Shown: one piece after another, positions 7,805 to 18,256 of the stretch
Position numbering within the stretch: the stretch's first letter is position 1
How the letters are laid out: every line of letters starts with the position of its first letter
Assembly: GCA_034661055.1 (NCBI GenBank)
Contig: JAYEKO010000018.1
Span: forward strand, 1-22,258
Length of the DNA stretch: 22,258 bases
Direction of reading: 5' to 3'
Origin: Campylobacterota bacterium
GTDB lineage: Bacteria; Campylobacterota; Campylobacteria; Campylobacterales; Sulfurimonadaceae
The notes under the pieces: model-generated
Told to the model about the DNA's origin: nothing
Seen by the model: only the letters and a program-made list of their open reading frames with translations
Database searches by the model: none
Program-made: the position numbers and the translations under genes

Positions 7805-8277
7805 TTATTGCCGTATTCATCAGCAACTTTATTCCACATAAGTTTATATTTACGTCGCATAAAATCAACCTCTTTTTGTGAGAGTTTCAACTGCTCAGTC
7901 AGAGTATCAATGGTTTTTCTATCTTCTTCATAAAGTTCTTGAAGCGATGAAAGAGCCTCTTTTAAAAAGAGGTTCTCATTTTTAACAGAGTCAATGGTCT
8001 CATCTTTAGCATCAAGTACTTTTTCGTGCAGGTTTAAGATGGTACCTATGGTCTTTTCAATAAATTGTGGACCAACTGTAATTTTTTCACTTGTCTCTAC
8101 AAGGTCTTTAACTTCAGCAGTTACTACCGAGTTTGTTCCTTGAAGTGGGTCAACATACATCTGCCCATCATCAACCATCACACTTAACTTATTGCGAGCA
8201 ATCAGGTCATCAATGGAGCTTGAATCAAGCCCTGTAAGCTTTGAATAATCTTCAATCTTCATCCACTCTATGCTCAT
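7801..8277 (-). CDS. DUF3972-domain coiled-coil protein (Campylobacterota conserved hypothetical)
   Basis: EKTIGTILNLHEKVLDAKDET...MRRKYKLMW; sits downstream of purE as in Campylobacter. Confidence 0.8.
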   Translation of the reverse strand: MSIEWMKIEDYSKLTGLDSSSIDDLIARNKLSVMVDDGQMYVDPLQGTNSVVTAEVKDLVETSEKITVGPQFIEKTIGTILNLHEKVLDAKDETIDSVKNENLFLKEALSSLQELYEEDRKTIDTLTEQLKLSQKEVDFMRRKYKLMWNKVADEYGNK

Positions 8278-8295
8278 AATAGGTCCTTTTAATTT

Positions 8296-8790
8296 TTAAA
8301 GAATAGTCTCAATTTCTAGTGAGTCAGTTTCAACTTTCTTTGCTTTAGCAATACGATCTTCTTTTAACTTCACTGCTAAATCATCATTACTAAGTGCTAA
8401 AATCTGCATCGCTAAATAGGCTGAATTGATTGCTCCTGCTTTTCCAATAGCAACCGTAGCAACTGGCATACCAGCTGGCATCTGAACAGTTGAAAGAAGT
8501 GCATCAATTCCACTAAGTGCTGAAGCACTCATAGGAACACCAATAATTGGTTTAACTGTTTTAGATGAGAGAACACCTGCAAGGTGTGCTGCCATACCAG
8601 CTGCTCCAATAAATACCTGTGCTCCTTTTTTCTCAGCAGTTTGAATATACTCTTTTGTACGCTCTGGACTACGGTGAGCCGAACTAATGATTAATTCATA
8701 GTGAACACCGAATGCATCTAATGTATCTGCGCATGACTTCATCACATCGTAGTCACTTTTACTTCCCATTATAATTGAGACAAATTTCAT
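8296..8790 (-). CDS. purE: N5-carboxyaminoimidazole ribonucleotide mutase
   Basis: IIMGSKSD, SAHRSPE, AGMAAHLAG, VQMPAGMPVATV. Confidence 0.97.
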   Translation of the reverse strand: MKFVSIIMGSKSDYDVMKSCADTLDAFGVHYELIISSAHRSPERTKEYIQTAEKKGAQVFIGAAGMAAHLAGVLSSKTVKPIIGVPMSASALSGIDALLSTVQMPAGMPVATVAIGKAGAINSAYLAMQILALSNDDLAVKLKEDRIAKAKKVETDSLEIETIL

Positions 8791-8807
8791 TTTTCATATC
8801 CTTAATT

Positions 8808-10100
8808 TTAATTTTTTGGTGCAGTATTCATATCTTCTGTCGATGGAATTCTAAAGAAAGTATACTGAGGTAGCGCTGATGGCAATACAATTGGATTAAT
8901 ATTTCCACTATGAACTTCCTCCCATACCTTTGAATTCTGAGCTTTTAACTGCTTAAATGTGATGAAATATTTACCGTTTTTACATGTAATTATTCCAAAC
9001 TCATTATCAACCTCTTCAATAACAGTAGCATTTGGTGCCACTATTTCCATCTCTTGATTAGGAAGCGTCTTGTATTTACATAAAAAATGCTCCCCATCTT
9101 TAGTAACCATACCCGTCACCTGATGAGTTCCAAGTGTAATAGTAAAATCTAAACTCTGAGTATCATGTTTCTCAAAAGGACGATTTACCAGATAGGCATC
9201 AGTATAGCCACGATTTTGCAGACTCTGCAACTCTTCTTGATAGAGTTTAGGACGAGAGACTTCATTATAATAGTCATCTATTGCCTGTCGATAACTCTTT
9301 GCTGTAATAGCTGCGTAATATGAGGTCTTAGTACGTCCCTCAATTTTAAGAGAATCTACACAACCGCTATCCATAATCTCTTTAATATGTGAAGCTAGAT
9401 TCAGGTCTTTTGAATTCATAATGTAAGTTCCAATTCCTGGATCTTCTTCTAAACGAAAGAGTGTTCCTGTTTCAGGATTGGCAGCATAGAGTTCATAAGG
9501 AAAACGGCAATCATTGGCACAGCTTCCCCTATTTGGAACCCGTCCACTCTGTAGTGTTGAGATTAGGCAGCGTCCACTGTAAGCAAAACACATAGAACCG
9601 TGTACAAATACTTCTAACTCTAAATCAGGGAGATGTTCTTTAATGATTTTAAGATCTTTTAAAGCAATCTCACGTGCGACAATAATACGACGTGCTCCCA
9701 TATTGTAGTAAATCTCTGCATCAAGAACATTCATAACATTAGCCTGTGTAGAGAGATGCAGTGGAATTTGAGGGGCTAGTTTATGTGCAAGCGCTAAAAC
9801 ACCTGGAGTTGCTACAATAAAAGCATCTGGTTCAAGCTCTGCCATCTTTAAAATATGTTTTTCTAAAAGTGAGAGTTGGGAATTAAACGGAAAACCGTTA
9901 ATGGTGACATAGACCTTTTTACCATGAGCATGAGCATAATCTATACCCTCTTTAAAGCTCTCTAAATCGAACTCTTTACCAGAGCGTATTCGCAGTGAAA
10001 AATGACTCACTCCACCATAAACAGCATCCGCACCGTAATCGATGGCAATTTTTAATTTCTCAAGATTTCCAGCAGGAGAAAGTAGTTCGACTCTATTCAT
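8808..10100 (-). CDS. Peptidase U32 family protein (probable TrhP/YegQ-like tRNA hydroxylation enzyme)
   Basis: ELLSPAG, HLSTQAN, HGSMCFAYSGRCLIS...NRGSCANDCR Fe-S cysteines, SLKIEGR. Confidence 0.9.
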   Translation of the reverse strand: MNRVELLSPAGNLEKLKIAIDYGADAVYGGVSHFSLRIRSGKEFDLESFKEGIDYAHAHGKKVYVTINGFPFNSQLSLLEKHILKMAELEPDAFIVATPGVLALAHKLAPQIPLHLSTQANVMNVLDAEIYYNMGARRIIVAREIALKDLKIIKEHLPDLELEVFVHGSMCFAYSGRCLISTLQSGRVPNRGSCANDCRFPYELYAANPETGTLFRLEEDPGIGTYIMNSKDLNLASHIKEIMDSGCVDSLKIEGRTKTSYYAAITAKSYRQAIDDYYNEVSRPKLYQEELQSLQNRGYTDAYLVNRPFEKHDTQSLDFTITLGTHQVTGMVTKDGEHFLCKYKTLPNQEMEIVAPNATVIEEVDNEFGIITCKNGKYFITFKQLKAQNSKVWEEVHSGNINPIVLPSALPQYTFFRIPSTEDMNTAPKN

Positions 10101-10132
10101 AAATGACTCGCATAATTTTTATGCAATTATAT

Positions 10133-10834
10133 CTAACTGTTACCCAATGAAGCTATAAGAGCCTCAATATCATCAGTGCTTACAATATCTTCAGTGCTTT
10201 TATCACCCGGTAAATGTGTTGCTGAACTAACCCGTCCATCATCTTCAATTTTACCTTCAAATAGTTTATTCATATAGTTTGAGAGCGCGCGCATTACATT
10301 AATAACACGTTCGATTTTTTGACGGTGAATATCTTGATACTGCATAATATCCATAACCTGCATAATGCCATCGCCACTATTTTGAAGTACCCCTACTGCG
10401 TTATTAGCACAATCTAACGCTTCCTGATTTTTTTCTAGTTGTGCTTTAAAAGTTTCAATATCGGGAAATTTTTCATGTAGGGCTGCAAATACTTTAACAT
10501 TCTCTTGAAAAACTTCAATACACGACTGAGCTTTCTCCTCTTCATCCATCAGCTCATTACTAATGTTTTCAATAATGTCAAAGATTTCAGTTGCTTTCTC
10601 TTCACTCTCTTTAGTAACATCATCTAGCTGATGTACTACCTTATGGTCATCATTTGCAGGTGGAGGGTAGTGTCCCTTTGGATCTACTCTATAGGGGCTA
10701 TCAGCTTCCTCAGAATTTTCATCATCTTCTTCTACTATCTCTTCTTCAGCACCCTCAGAAACAATATCTTCTTCGGTCTCATCATCAAGATCAATATCTC
10801 CACTCATTAAAGCATCTAACTCTTCTTGTGTCAT
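10133..10834 (-). CDS. cheZ: Chemotaxis phosphatase CheZ (Campylobacterota type)
   Basis: MTQEELDALM N-terminus, acidic linker, MQYQDIHRQKIERV (DxxxQ), C-terminal DDIEALIASLG; GGAG RBS before ATG 10834; synteny with glnA, U32 and purE. Confidence 0.8.
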   Translation of the reverse strand: MTQEELDALMSGDIDLDDETEEDIVSEGAEEEIVEEDDENSEEADSPYRVDPKGHYPPPANDDHKVVHQLDDVTKESEEKATEIFDIIENISNELMDEEEKAQSCIEVFQENVKVFAALHEKFPDIETFKAQLEKNQEALDCANNAVGVLQNSGDGIMQVMDIMQYQDIHRQKIERVINVMRALSNYMNKLFEGKIEDDGRVSSATHLPGDKSTEDIVSTDDIEALIASLGNS

Positions 10835-10926
10835 AAAAAGCTCCACTCTTAATTGTTTTGTATTATAATACTCCTATAATTTTAAGAGTGTCCTTAAGTG
10901 ATACCTACTTTTTAAAGAAGTCCTAT

Positions 10927-11706
10927 ATGAAAATTGACCTACATAATCACACCTCTCTTTGCAATCATGCCACAGGTACCGTTGAAGAGTATGTAAAAAA
11001 AGCCATTAAAGAGAATATTGATATTTTTGGTTTTAGTGATCATGCTCCTATGAACTTTGATCCAAAATATCGGATGTATTTTGATGATATGAAAAATTAT
11101 ATCAATACAATTTTACATATAAAAGAGAAATATGCCGGTGACATTGAGATTTTAAAAGCGTATGAGGTCGATTTTTTACCCGGACATATGGACAAGCGTG
11201 TATTAGACGCCGACGTTGACTATTTAATCGGTTCGGTACATTTTATTGATGAGTGGGGATTTGATAATCCCGAATTTATTGGTCAATATAAGCATAAAGA
11301 CATTGATGCTATTTGGCAGCGTTATTTTGACCTGATTGAGCAGATGGCCACGAGTAACCTGTTTGATATTGTCGGTCATATTGATCTCATAAAAGTCTTT
11401 AAATATCTTCCTAAAAAAAATGTATCTGACATTGCCAACCAAGCCATTAAAGCCATCAAAAAAGCGGACATGGTCATTGAGATCAACGTTGCTGGTTATC
11501 GAAAACCCATTAACGAGGCTTATCCATCACGAGAACTTCTTGAGATGGCCTTTGATGCTAAAATCCCTATTACATTCGGTTCTGATGCGCATTCACCAGA
11601 ACAAGTTGGGCTATTTAGAGACGAGGCAGAAGCGTTTGCTCGCAGTATCGGCTACAAGAAGTCTGCTACTTTTAGAAACCGAAAACGTGAGTTGCTTAAT
11701 TTTTAA
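10927..11706 (+). CDS. hisJ: Histidinol-phosphatase, PHP/HisJ family
   Basis: Start reassigned to MKIDLHNHT; PHP motifs HNH, SDHAP, GSVH, GHIDL, GSDAH. Confidence 0.82.
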   Translation: MKIDLHNHTSLCNHATGTVEEYVKKAIKENIDIFGFSDHAPMNFDPKYRMYFDDMKNYINTILHIKEKYAGDIEILKAYEVDFLPGHMDKRVLDADVDYLIGSVHFIDEWGFDNPEFIGQYKHKDIDAIWQRYFDLIEQMATSNLFDIVGHIDLIKVFKYLPKKNVSDIANQAIKAIKKADMVIEINVAGYRKPINEAYPSRELLEMAFDAKIPITFGSDAHSPEQVGLFRDEAEAFARSIGYKKSATFRNRKRELLNF

Positions 11707-11774
11707 GCAGCTCATAATCTCTTTTTTACTGTTTGTTTAGATATACTATTCGCAATTAATCAAAAGGGATTTCA

Positions 11775-13205
11775 ATGGGAAAATTTGTAAATAATACAGA
11801 AGAGTTCTTCAAATATTGTGAAGAGAATGACGTTCAGTTTGTAGACTTCAGATTTACAGACATTAAAGGTGCATGGCACCACATTAGTTACAGAATGAGT
11901 GCTGTTAGTGCAGGTCAACTTGAAAATGGTCTTCCATTTGATGGTTCTTCTATTGAAGCTTGGCAGCCAATCAATAAATCAGATATGATACTAAAAGTAG
12001 ATATTGGGACTGCTTTTTTAGACCCATTTACTGCTGATCCAACCATCATTGTATTTTGTGATGTATATGACATTTACAAAAATCAAGCGTATGAGAGATG
12101 TCCACGTTCAATTGCTAAAAAAGCACTTGAGCACGCTGAATCTATCGGTATTGCTGATGCTGCTTACTTTGGTCCTGAAAATGAGTTCTTTATGTTTGAT
12201 AATGTAACTTTTGTTGATAACATTAATGAAGCAGGTTACAAAGTAGATACTGAAGAGGGTGAATGGAATTCAAATACTACTTATGAAGATATGTATAACA
12301 CTGGTCACCGCCCAGGAACAAAAGGTGGTTACTTCCCAGTTCAACCGACTGACAGTGCTGTAGATATTCGTGCTGAGATGATGCAAGTTTTAGAGCAAGT
12401 TGGTCTTGAAGTTGTTCTTGGTCACCACGAAGTGGCGCAAGGTCAACATGAGATTGGTATTGTATTCTCAGATATTATCGGTGCCGCTGATAATGTTCAA
12501 AAGTACAAATATGTTGTAAAAATGATTGCTCACCTTAACGGAAAAACTGCTACATTTATGCCTAAACCTCTTTATGGTGATAATGGAAATGGTATGCACG
12601 TTCACCAATCACTATGGAAAGATGGTAAAAACCTTTTCTACGCACCAGGCAACTATGCAAACTTAAGTCAAATGGCTCTTAACTATACTGCTGGTATTTT
12701 TAAGCACGCTGCTGCGGTGTCTGCATTTACTAATCCATCAACAAACTCATACAAGCGTCTTTTACCAGGTTTTGAAGCACCAAGTATTCTTACTTACTCT
12801 TCTCAAAACCGTTCTGCTGCTTGTCGTATTCCTTACGGTGCTGGCGAGATGGCAACTCGTATTGAGATGCGTTTCCCAGATTCAACAGCATGTCCTTACC
12901 TTGCATTTGCAGTAATGATGATGGCTGGTCTTGATGGAATTGCAAACAAAGACATTCCTGTTGGACCAATGGATGAGGATCTATTTGAACTATCTCTTGA
13001 TGAGATTCGTGAAAAAAATATTCCTCAAATGCCACACACACTACGTGAAGCCCTAGAAGGTCTTATTGGTGATCACGACTTCTTAGCTCCAGTATTTACT
13101 CAAGAGTTTATTGATGCGTACCAGCACTATAGATTTGAGCGTGATGTATGGCCAGATGAAGGTCGCCCAACTGCTTACGAGTTTAAAACTACGTACCAGT
13201 GTTAA
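11775..13205 (+). CDS. glnA: Glutamine synthetase type I
   Basis: [53 protein letters not shown]. Confidence 0.98.
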   Translation: MGKFVNNTEEFFKYCEENDVQFVDFRFTDIKGAWHHISYRMSAVSAGQLENGLPFDGSSIEAWQPINKSDMILKVDIGTAFLDPFTADPTIIVFCDVYDIYKNQAYERCPRSIAKKALEHAESIGIADAAYFGPENEFFMFDNVTFVDNINEAGYKVDTEEGEWNSNTTYEDMYNTGHRPGTKGGYFPVQPTDSAVDIRAEMMQVLEQVGLEVVLGHHEVAQGQHEIGIVFSDIIGAADNVQKYKYVVKMIAHLNGKTATFMPKPLYGDNGNGMHVHQSLWKDGKNLFYAPGNYANLSQMALNYTAGIFKHAAAVSAFTNPSTNSYKRLLPGFEAPSILTYSSQNRSAACRIPYGAGEMATRIEMRFPDSTACPYLAFAVMMMAGLDGIANKDIPVGPMDEDLFELSLDEIREKNIPQMPHTLREALEGLIGDHDFLAPVFTQEFIDAYQHYRFERDVWPDEGRPTAYEFKTTYQC

Positions 13206-13212
13206 TACTATT

Positions 13213-13239
13213 TTACATGTAAGATTTTCTTACATGTAA
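13213..13239 (+). terminator. Hairpin after glnA (probable terminator)
   Basis: TTACATGTAAGA-TTT-TCTTACATGTAA 12-bp perfect stem starting 7 nt after the stop. Confidence 0.6.
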
Positions 13240-13320
13240 TTCTCCCCTAATTCTTCTCTTATACAATTTTATGCTATGATTCACTTCAAAATAATTTAAA
13301 AAATTCACAAAGGGTTAAAA

Positions 13321-14907
13321 ATGTTAAAAACTCTAAAATCACGTATTGTTTTTTCAACACTCCTGCTTAGTATTGTCGGAGTTATAGCTCTTAACCTTTA
13401 TTTAAATCATACACTTCATGACCTATCTAATACCACAGCAAAAAAATCTATCTCCATGCTTAGTGACTCCATTTTTCAAACACTCAAAGGGAGTATGTTT
13501 GCCGGTGACAGTACTATTGTTCAAAGCACCATTACAGAAGCTCAACAGATAAATGGTATTGAGTCACTCAATGTAGCAAAATCACCATCAACTATTGAGC
13601 TTTTTGCTCCACAAGAGAAATTTACAAGTGATCCACTTATTCAACGCATTACCAAAACAAAAAAGAGTCAACTCATTGAAAACACAGGCGAGCATCATAC
13701 TATTCGACTACTTCGCCCCCTTCTTGCCGAGCAGAAGTGTTTAGCATGTCATGCCAACGCTAGTGAAGGTTCGGTACTTGGTGTTATGGATTTAGTTATC
13801 TCCTTAGATGAAAACGATGCTGACATTGCTTCAACACAAACTACCTTAAGTATTATATTAATTCTCTCAAGTATCCTTTTCATTGGAGCATCACTACTCT
13901 TCTTTACACGAGAAGTTCTCTCTCCATTGTCTAATCTAAGAGAACGTATTTCTGAACTTGTAAGTGGTGATAAAGACCTAACCAAACGTCTAGATACAAG
14001 TAAGGAGAATGAATTTTCAGATACCGGAAACGCGGTAAATAATTTTGTAGAGATGATTCAAGATACGGTTGAGCATGTTAAACATTTAAGTCAGGAAAAT
14101 GAGACGATTGCTTTAACGATTACACAGGCCAGTCATACCATTGGCAAAAGTGTTGAAAAAGAGCATAGAATTGTTGTAGAAACTACACAAAAAAGTGAAT
14201 CCATTCGTCAGTTAGTAGAAGAGTCTATTACCGTGAGTCAACATACACAAAATAATGTAGAAAATGCCAACAAAGAACTTCTTAGTGCCCGTGATTCACT
14301 AGGTGACTTAGTCTCTCACATTAACGGGTATGTAGAAATTGACAATGAACTCTCAACAGAACTTCAAGACCTCAAAAGTGATGCAGAGCAGACTAATGAT
14401 GTGTTAAGCGTTATTAAAGATATTGCCGATCAAACCAACCTTTTAGCACTTAATGCCGCTATTGAAGCGGCACGTGCGGGTGAACATGGACGTGGGTTTG
14501 CTGTTGTTGCTGATGAAGTACGCAAACTTGCTGAACGAACGCAAAAGAGTCTGCAACAAATTGAGATTAATATTAGTACGATTACACAATCTATTAACGA
14601 TGTTAGTGATAAGATGTCCAATAATGCACAAAATATTGAAAGCCTTAACAGTGTCTCTAGCGAAGTTGAAGCAAGAATTACTGCCACATCACAAACCATG
14701 GAAGAGTCTCACCGTATTGCCAAAGAGTCTTATGATGGATCAATGCTTATTGCTGAACACACTGAGTGGATTACTAAAAAGATTTCACTTATTAATGACT
14801 ACTCAACTTCCAACCAAAATAGTGTTGAATCTATAGAAGATGATCTTAATAAACTACAGCAGACTGCTAGTAGTTTACACCTTAGAATTAATGAGTTCAA
14901 AAGCTAA
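13321..14907 (+). CDS. Methyl-accepting chemotaxis protein with periplasmic c-type heme motif
   Basis: Two TM helices, periplasmic CLACH (CxxCH, 13738-13752), HAMP region, signalling domain [38 protein letters not shown]. Confidence 0.93.
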   Translation: MLKTLKSRIVFSTLLLSIVGVIALNLYLNHTLHDLSNTTAKKSISMLSDSIFQTLKGSMFAGDSTIVQSTITEAQQINGIESLNVAKSPSTIELFAPQEKFTSDPLIQRITKTKKSQLIENTGEHHTIRLLRPLLAEQKCLACHANASEGSVLGVMDLVISLDENDADIASTQTTLSIILILSSILFIGASLLFFTREVLSPLSNLRERISELVSGDKDLTKRLDTSKENEFSDTGNAVNNFVEMIQDTVEHVKHLSQENETIALTITQASHTIGKSVEKEHRIVVETTQKSESIRQLVEESITVSQHTQNNVENANKELLSARDSLGDLVSHINGYVEIDNELSTELQDLKSDAEQTNDVLSVIKDIADQTNLLALNAAIEAARAGEHGRGFAVVADEVRKLAERTQKSLQQIEINISTITQSINDVSDKMSNNAQNIESLNSVSSEVEARITATSQTMEESHRIAKESYDGSMLIAEHTEWITKKISLINDYSTSNQNSVESIEDDLNKLQQTASSLHLRINEFKS

Positions 14908-14983
14908 GGGATAATTTTTATTCTTTAGCTCTCCTAAAAGTTACTATTTACATGTAAAGTTACTAATACCCCCTAACACTTTT

Positions 14984-14992
14984 TGCTATAAT
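14984..14992 (+). promoter_or_regulatory. Extended -10 promoter element for leuA
   Basis: TGcTATAAT about 62 nt upstream of the ATG at 15055. Confidence 0.6.
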
Positions 14993-15054
14993 TGCGCCAA
15001 CAGTTTACCTGTAGCAAGAGTAACTGTTAAAAAGTTTATTTAAAGGGTTTCATT

Positions 15055-16737
15055 ATGAAACATATTTCTACGGGCAAATATCGCCCTTACGCACCCATTG
15101 ATTTACCAAATAGACAATGGCCATCTAATACCATTACTAAAGCACCTATCTGGTGTAGTGTTGACCTACGCGACGGAAACCAAGCACTTGTCACACCAAT
15201 GAACCTTGAACAAAAACTTGAACTTTTCAACCTCTTGCTACAACTCGGATTTAAAGTTATTGAAGTTGGTTTTCCATCGGCTTCAAAAGTAGAATTTGAT
15301 TTTTTACGTACTTTAGTAGAGAAAGATTTAATTCCAGATGATGTTACCGTTCAGGTCTTAGTCCAAGCTCGTGAACACTTAATTGCAAAAACTTTTGAAG
15401 CGCTAGAGGGAGTAAAACATGCCATTGTGCATCTTTACAACTCAACCTCAGTAGCTCAAAGAAAAATTGTATTTAAAAAAGAGCCATCTGAAATTATTGC
15501 CTTGGCACTTGAAGGTGTAGAGTTGGTCAAAAAATATGAAGCCAATCACAGTGGAAAAATAGATTTAGAATATTCACCTGAGAGCTTCACAGGAACTGAA
15601 CTAGAATTTTCTGCCCAAATCTGTAATGCAGTTACTGCCTGTTGGGGTATCTCAGCACAGAGGAAGGTAGTTATTAATTTACCAGCAACCGTTGAGATGG
15701 CAACACCAAATATTTATGCTGACCAGATTGAGTGGATGAGCCGTCACTTAGACAACCGTGAACATGTGTTAATCTCAACACATACCCATAATGACAGAGG
15801 AACTTCAGTTGCTGCTACAGAGTTAGCACTTCTTGCAGGAGCCGATAGAGTTGAAGGAACCCTTCTAAGTAACGGTGAACGTACTGGGAATGTCGATCTT
15901 ATTACTTTAGCTCTTAATATCTACACGCAAGGTATTGACCCTGAGCTTGACTTTAGTGATATTAACACTGTTTTAGATGTGGTCGAACGCTGTACTGCTA
16001 TAGACACTCATGTACGTCATCCTTATGTTGGTGAATTAGTTTACACTGCCTTTTCAGGTTCACACCAAGACGCTATCAATAAAGGCTTGGCATATCAACG
16101 TGCTAAAGATAATAACTTTTGGGAAGTTCCTTATTTACCAATTGACCCTGCTGATGTGGGACGAACCTATGAGAGTATTATTCGCATTAACTCACAATCA
16201 GGTAAAGGTGGAGTTGCTTACATTTTAGAAGATAAATTTGGCTATCACATTCCTAAAAAAATGCAGCCAGAACTTGGTCGTCTTGTTCAAAGTACTACTG
16301 ACAAAGAAGGACGTGAGTTAACTGCTAATGAGATTGAAAATATCTTTAAAGAGAACTATTTTGATCTAAAAGGTCATTTAGAACTCGTTGATTTTGCAGT
16401 ACATTCCAAAACTGCAAAAGATAATAGTGTTAGCTGTACTTTAAGCTATAAACTCAATGGTAAGCTCATTAGTGAAGATGGGACAGGAAATGGTCCTATT
16501 GATGCTTGTAAAGCAGCTTTAATGAAGCAGTATCCTCATAAGTTTACTGTCGCATCGTATGCAGAACACTCGTGCGGAGAGAAATCCAGTGCTAAAGCCA
16601 TTGCTTATATGCACATTGAAAACAGTGCATTGGAGAGTTATTTCGGTGTTGGTGCGGACACGGACATCGCTTTTGCTTCGATTAAAGCACTGTTTAGTGC
16701 AGTAAACAAAGCATTTGAAAAACAACCACGCTGGTAA
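15055..16737 (+). CDS. leuA: 2-isopropylmalate synthase (yeast/actinobacterial-type LeuA)
   Basis: WCSVDLRDGNQAL, EYSPESF, NLPATVE, HTHNDRG, GERTGNVDL, AFSGSHQDAI, IRINSQSGKGG, C-terminal regulatory domain with GNGPID. Confidence 0.95.
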   Translation: MKHISTGKYRPYAPIDLPNRQWPSNTITKAPIWCSVDLRDGNQALVTPMNLEQKLELFNLLLQLGFKVIEVGFPSASKVEFDFLRTLVEKDLIPDDVTVQVLVQAREHLIAKTFEALEGVKHAIVHLYNSTSVAQRKIVFKKEPSEIIALALEGVELVKKYEANHSGKIDLEYSPESFTGTELEFSAQICNAVTACWGISAQRKVVINLPATVEMATPNIYADQIEWMSRHLDNREHVLISTHTHNDRGTSVAATELALLAGADRVEGTLLSNGERTGNVDLITLALNIYTQGIDPELDFSDINTVLDVVERCTAIDTHVRHPYVGELVYTAFSGSHQDAINKGLAYQRAKDNNFWEVPYLPIDPADVGRTYESIIRINSQSGKGGVAYILEDKFGYHIPKKMQPELGRLVQSTTDKEGRELTANEIENIFKENYFDLKGHLELVDFAVHSKTAKDNSVSCTLSYKLNGKLISEDGTGNGPIDACKAALMKQYPHKFTVASYAEHSCGEKSSAKAIAYMHIENSALESYFGVGADTDIAFASIKALFSAVNKAFEKQPRW

Positions 16738-16757
16738 GTTTACTTTATGGCTTTTAG

Positions 16758-17654
16758 TTAACTCTTTTTCTCATACAGATCAAAGATGCTGACTCCCTCA
16801 GGGAGTTGTTCTTTACCATCACGAAATGAGCGCACATGTGCAATGATGTAATCAAACTTTTTACGCAATGACGTTGCATCTTGAACATTGGGACGGTACC
16901 AGTTTCCTTTTGCTGAAAAGAGCCATTCAATAGCACGTTTAATATCATCACTACTGTAACCATCCAATTCCATCAGACGTTTAATCTCTTGCGCCCAACT
17001 CCAGTCTGTCGGTTCTTCAAATTGAGGACTAATTTTTTGAAGTTTACCGATGAAAAGCTGAGTTAATTGAAACTGCTCAGGGGTTGGCTTGAAGCTCTCA
17101 TCATAGACAGCTACTTTTGTAGTACCTGAGAGCTTCTTAGCCTCACGTTTAGCCCAACGTTGGAATGATGCCTTCCAGTCATGACTTTTTGTGTTCTTGG
17201 AGCGCTGATAGAGCTCAAAATCAACAAAGACATCTTCATGTAACTGCATCTTATGTAATAAGCCTAAAGCATACTCTTGAAGCCCTGCGTAACTCTCACG
17301 AGGCATATTAAGAAAATACCACTCTTGAGTCAGTTCTTCTTTCTCTACAACTGCATTTACAGGTATATTTTGCTGCTCATTTTGTAAAAGCTTGTCAGCA
17401 ATACCATAGAGCAGTAGACGTACCCCATCTTCTTTAACATTGGCCCGCTCTAAAATACCTTTGGCACACAACTCATCAAGGAGTAAAATAGTCTGCTTGA
17501 CATCTACATGTAAAATATCTGCAATGACATCAGCACCAACCCCATCTTTTCGTTTTCCCCACTCAAAGGTGTGACGGATAATAATGGGAATAATGGCACG
17601 TTCATAAATATTTAGGCCATTATGGTCAATAAGAAACTCTGGAATTTGAACCAT
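16758..17654 (-). CDS. Lambda O-like phage replication-initiator homologue
   Basis: N-terminal winged helix (IIRHTFEWGKRKD...LDELCAKGIL) like Phage_rep_O; central F..Y...K..DWKASFQRW motif; C-terminal WAQEIKRLMELDG...W....WYRPNV....LRKKFD like the lambda O C-terminal domain. Confidence 0.7.
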   Translation of the reverse strand: MVQIPEFLIDHNGLNIYERAIIPIIIRHTFEWGKRKDGVGADVIADILHVDVKQTILLLDELCAKGILERANVKEDGVRLLLYGIADKLLQNEQQNIPVNAVVEKEELTQEWYFLNMPRESYAGLQEYALGLLHKMQLHEDVFVDFELYQRSKNTKSHDWKASFQRWAKREAKKLSGTTKVAVYDESFKPTPEQFQLTQLFIGKLQKISPQFEEPTDWSWAQEIKRLMELDGYSSDDIKRAIEWLFSAKGNWYRPNVQDATSLRKKFDYIIAHVRSFRDGKEQLPEGVSIFDLYEKKS

Positions 17655-17656
17655 GA

Positions 17657-18256
17657 CTAGTGCTGTTCTTTAGTTAACAGATACGTTTTCATATTGTTGC
17701 TAAGTTCATAAGACTGCTCTTGTTGCTGTCTTGCAATAATGACATTTTTATATTCTAACTCAACACGTTCTAAAAAAAGTGACTTATCATAACTGACATG
17801 ATTAAAAATCCACTCCTTTGTGATGTTTTTAATCACTTCAATATCTAAGGCATCTAGAACCAGTTTATTAGAGCTTTTGTCACGAAGTTTTGCAAAATAT
17901 ACATGTAAAAATCGTTCTAGTGCTGATGTTATTGACGTTTCATCTAAAATAATCATTTTGTGTAGCTCATACATAACATCATAAAGTTTTTTAACCCGCT
18001 CTTTCACTCCAGAAAAAAGTGAAGCAATCCGCTCATCTTCAAAACTCTGTACCACCAAAGCAATTTTTTCATATGCCGTCTTATATTCAAAGACAGATGT
18101 AGAGAGCCGACGAAAAAATTCTCTATATTGATTGGCTTCAATACTCTGCGTTAAATCTGCAATGTGAGCACGTAAATTAATATCTTCTTCTATTTTAAAA
18201 TAGTTCATTAAAGAAGTAACAAATTGCTCTTTAATATTTTTATTGAGTGTATTCAT
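17657..18256 (-). CDS. Hypothetical helical protein, co-transcribed upstream of the O-like gene
   Basis: 199-aa ORF whose stop lies 2 nt before the next start; TGtCATAAT lies 6 nt upstream of its ATG. Confidence 0.75.
   Translation of the reverse strand: MNTLNKNIKEQFVTSLMNYFKIEEDINLRAHIADLTQSIEANQYREFFRRLSTSVFEYKTAYEKIALVVQSFEDERIASLFSGVKERVKKLYDVMYELHKMIILDETSITSALERFLHVYFAKLRDKSSNKLVLDALDIEVIKNITKEWIFNHVSYDKSLFLERVELEYKNVIIARQQQEQSYELSNNMKTYLLTKEQH

Noticed and set aside
16758..18256. An intact prophage or integrated plasmid
   Set aside because: Only two genes, with no integrase, att repeats, repressor, structural or partition genes in the flanks
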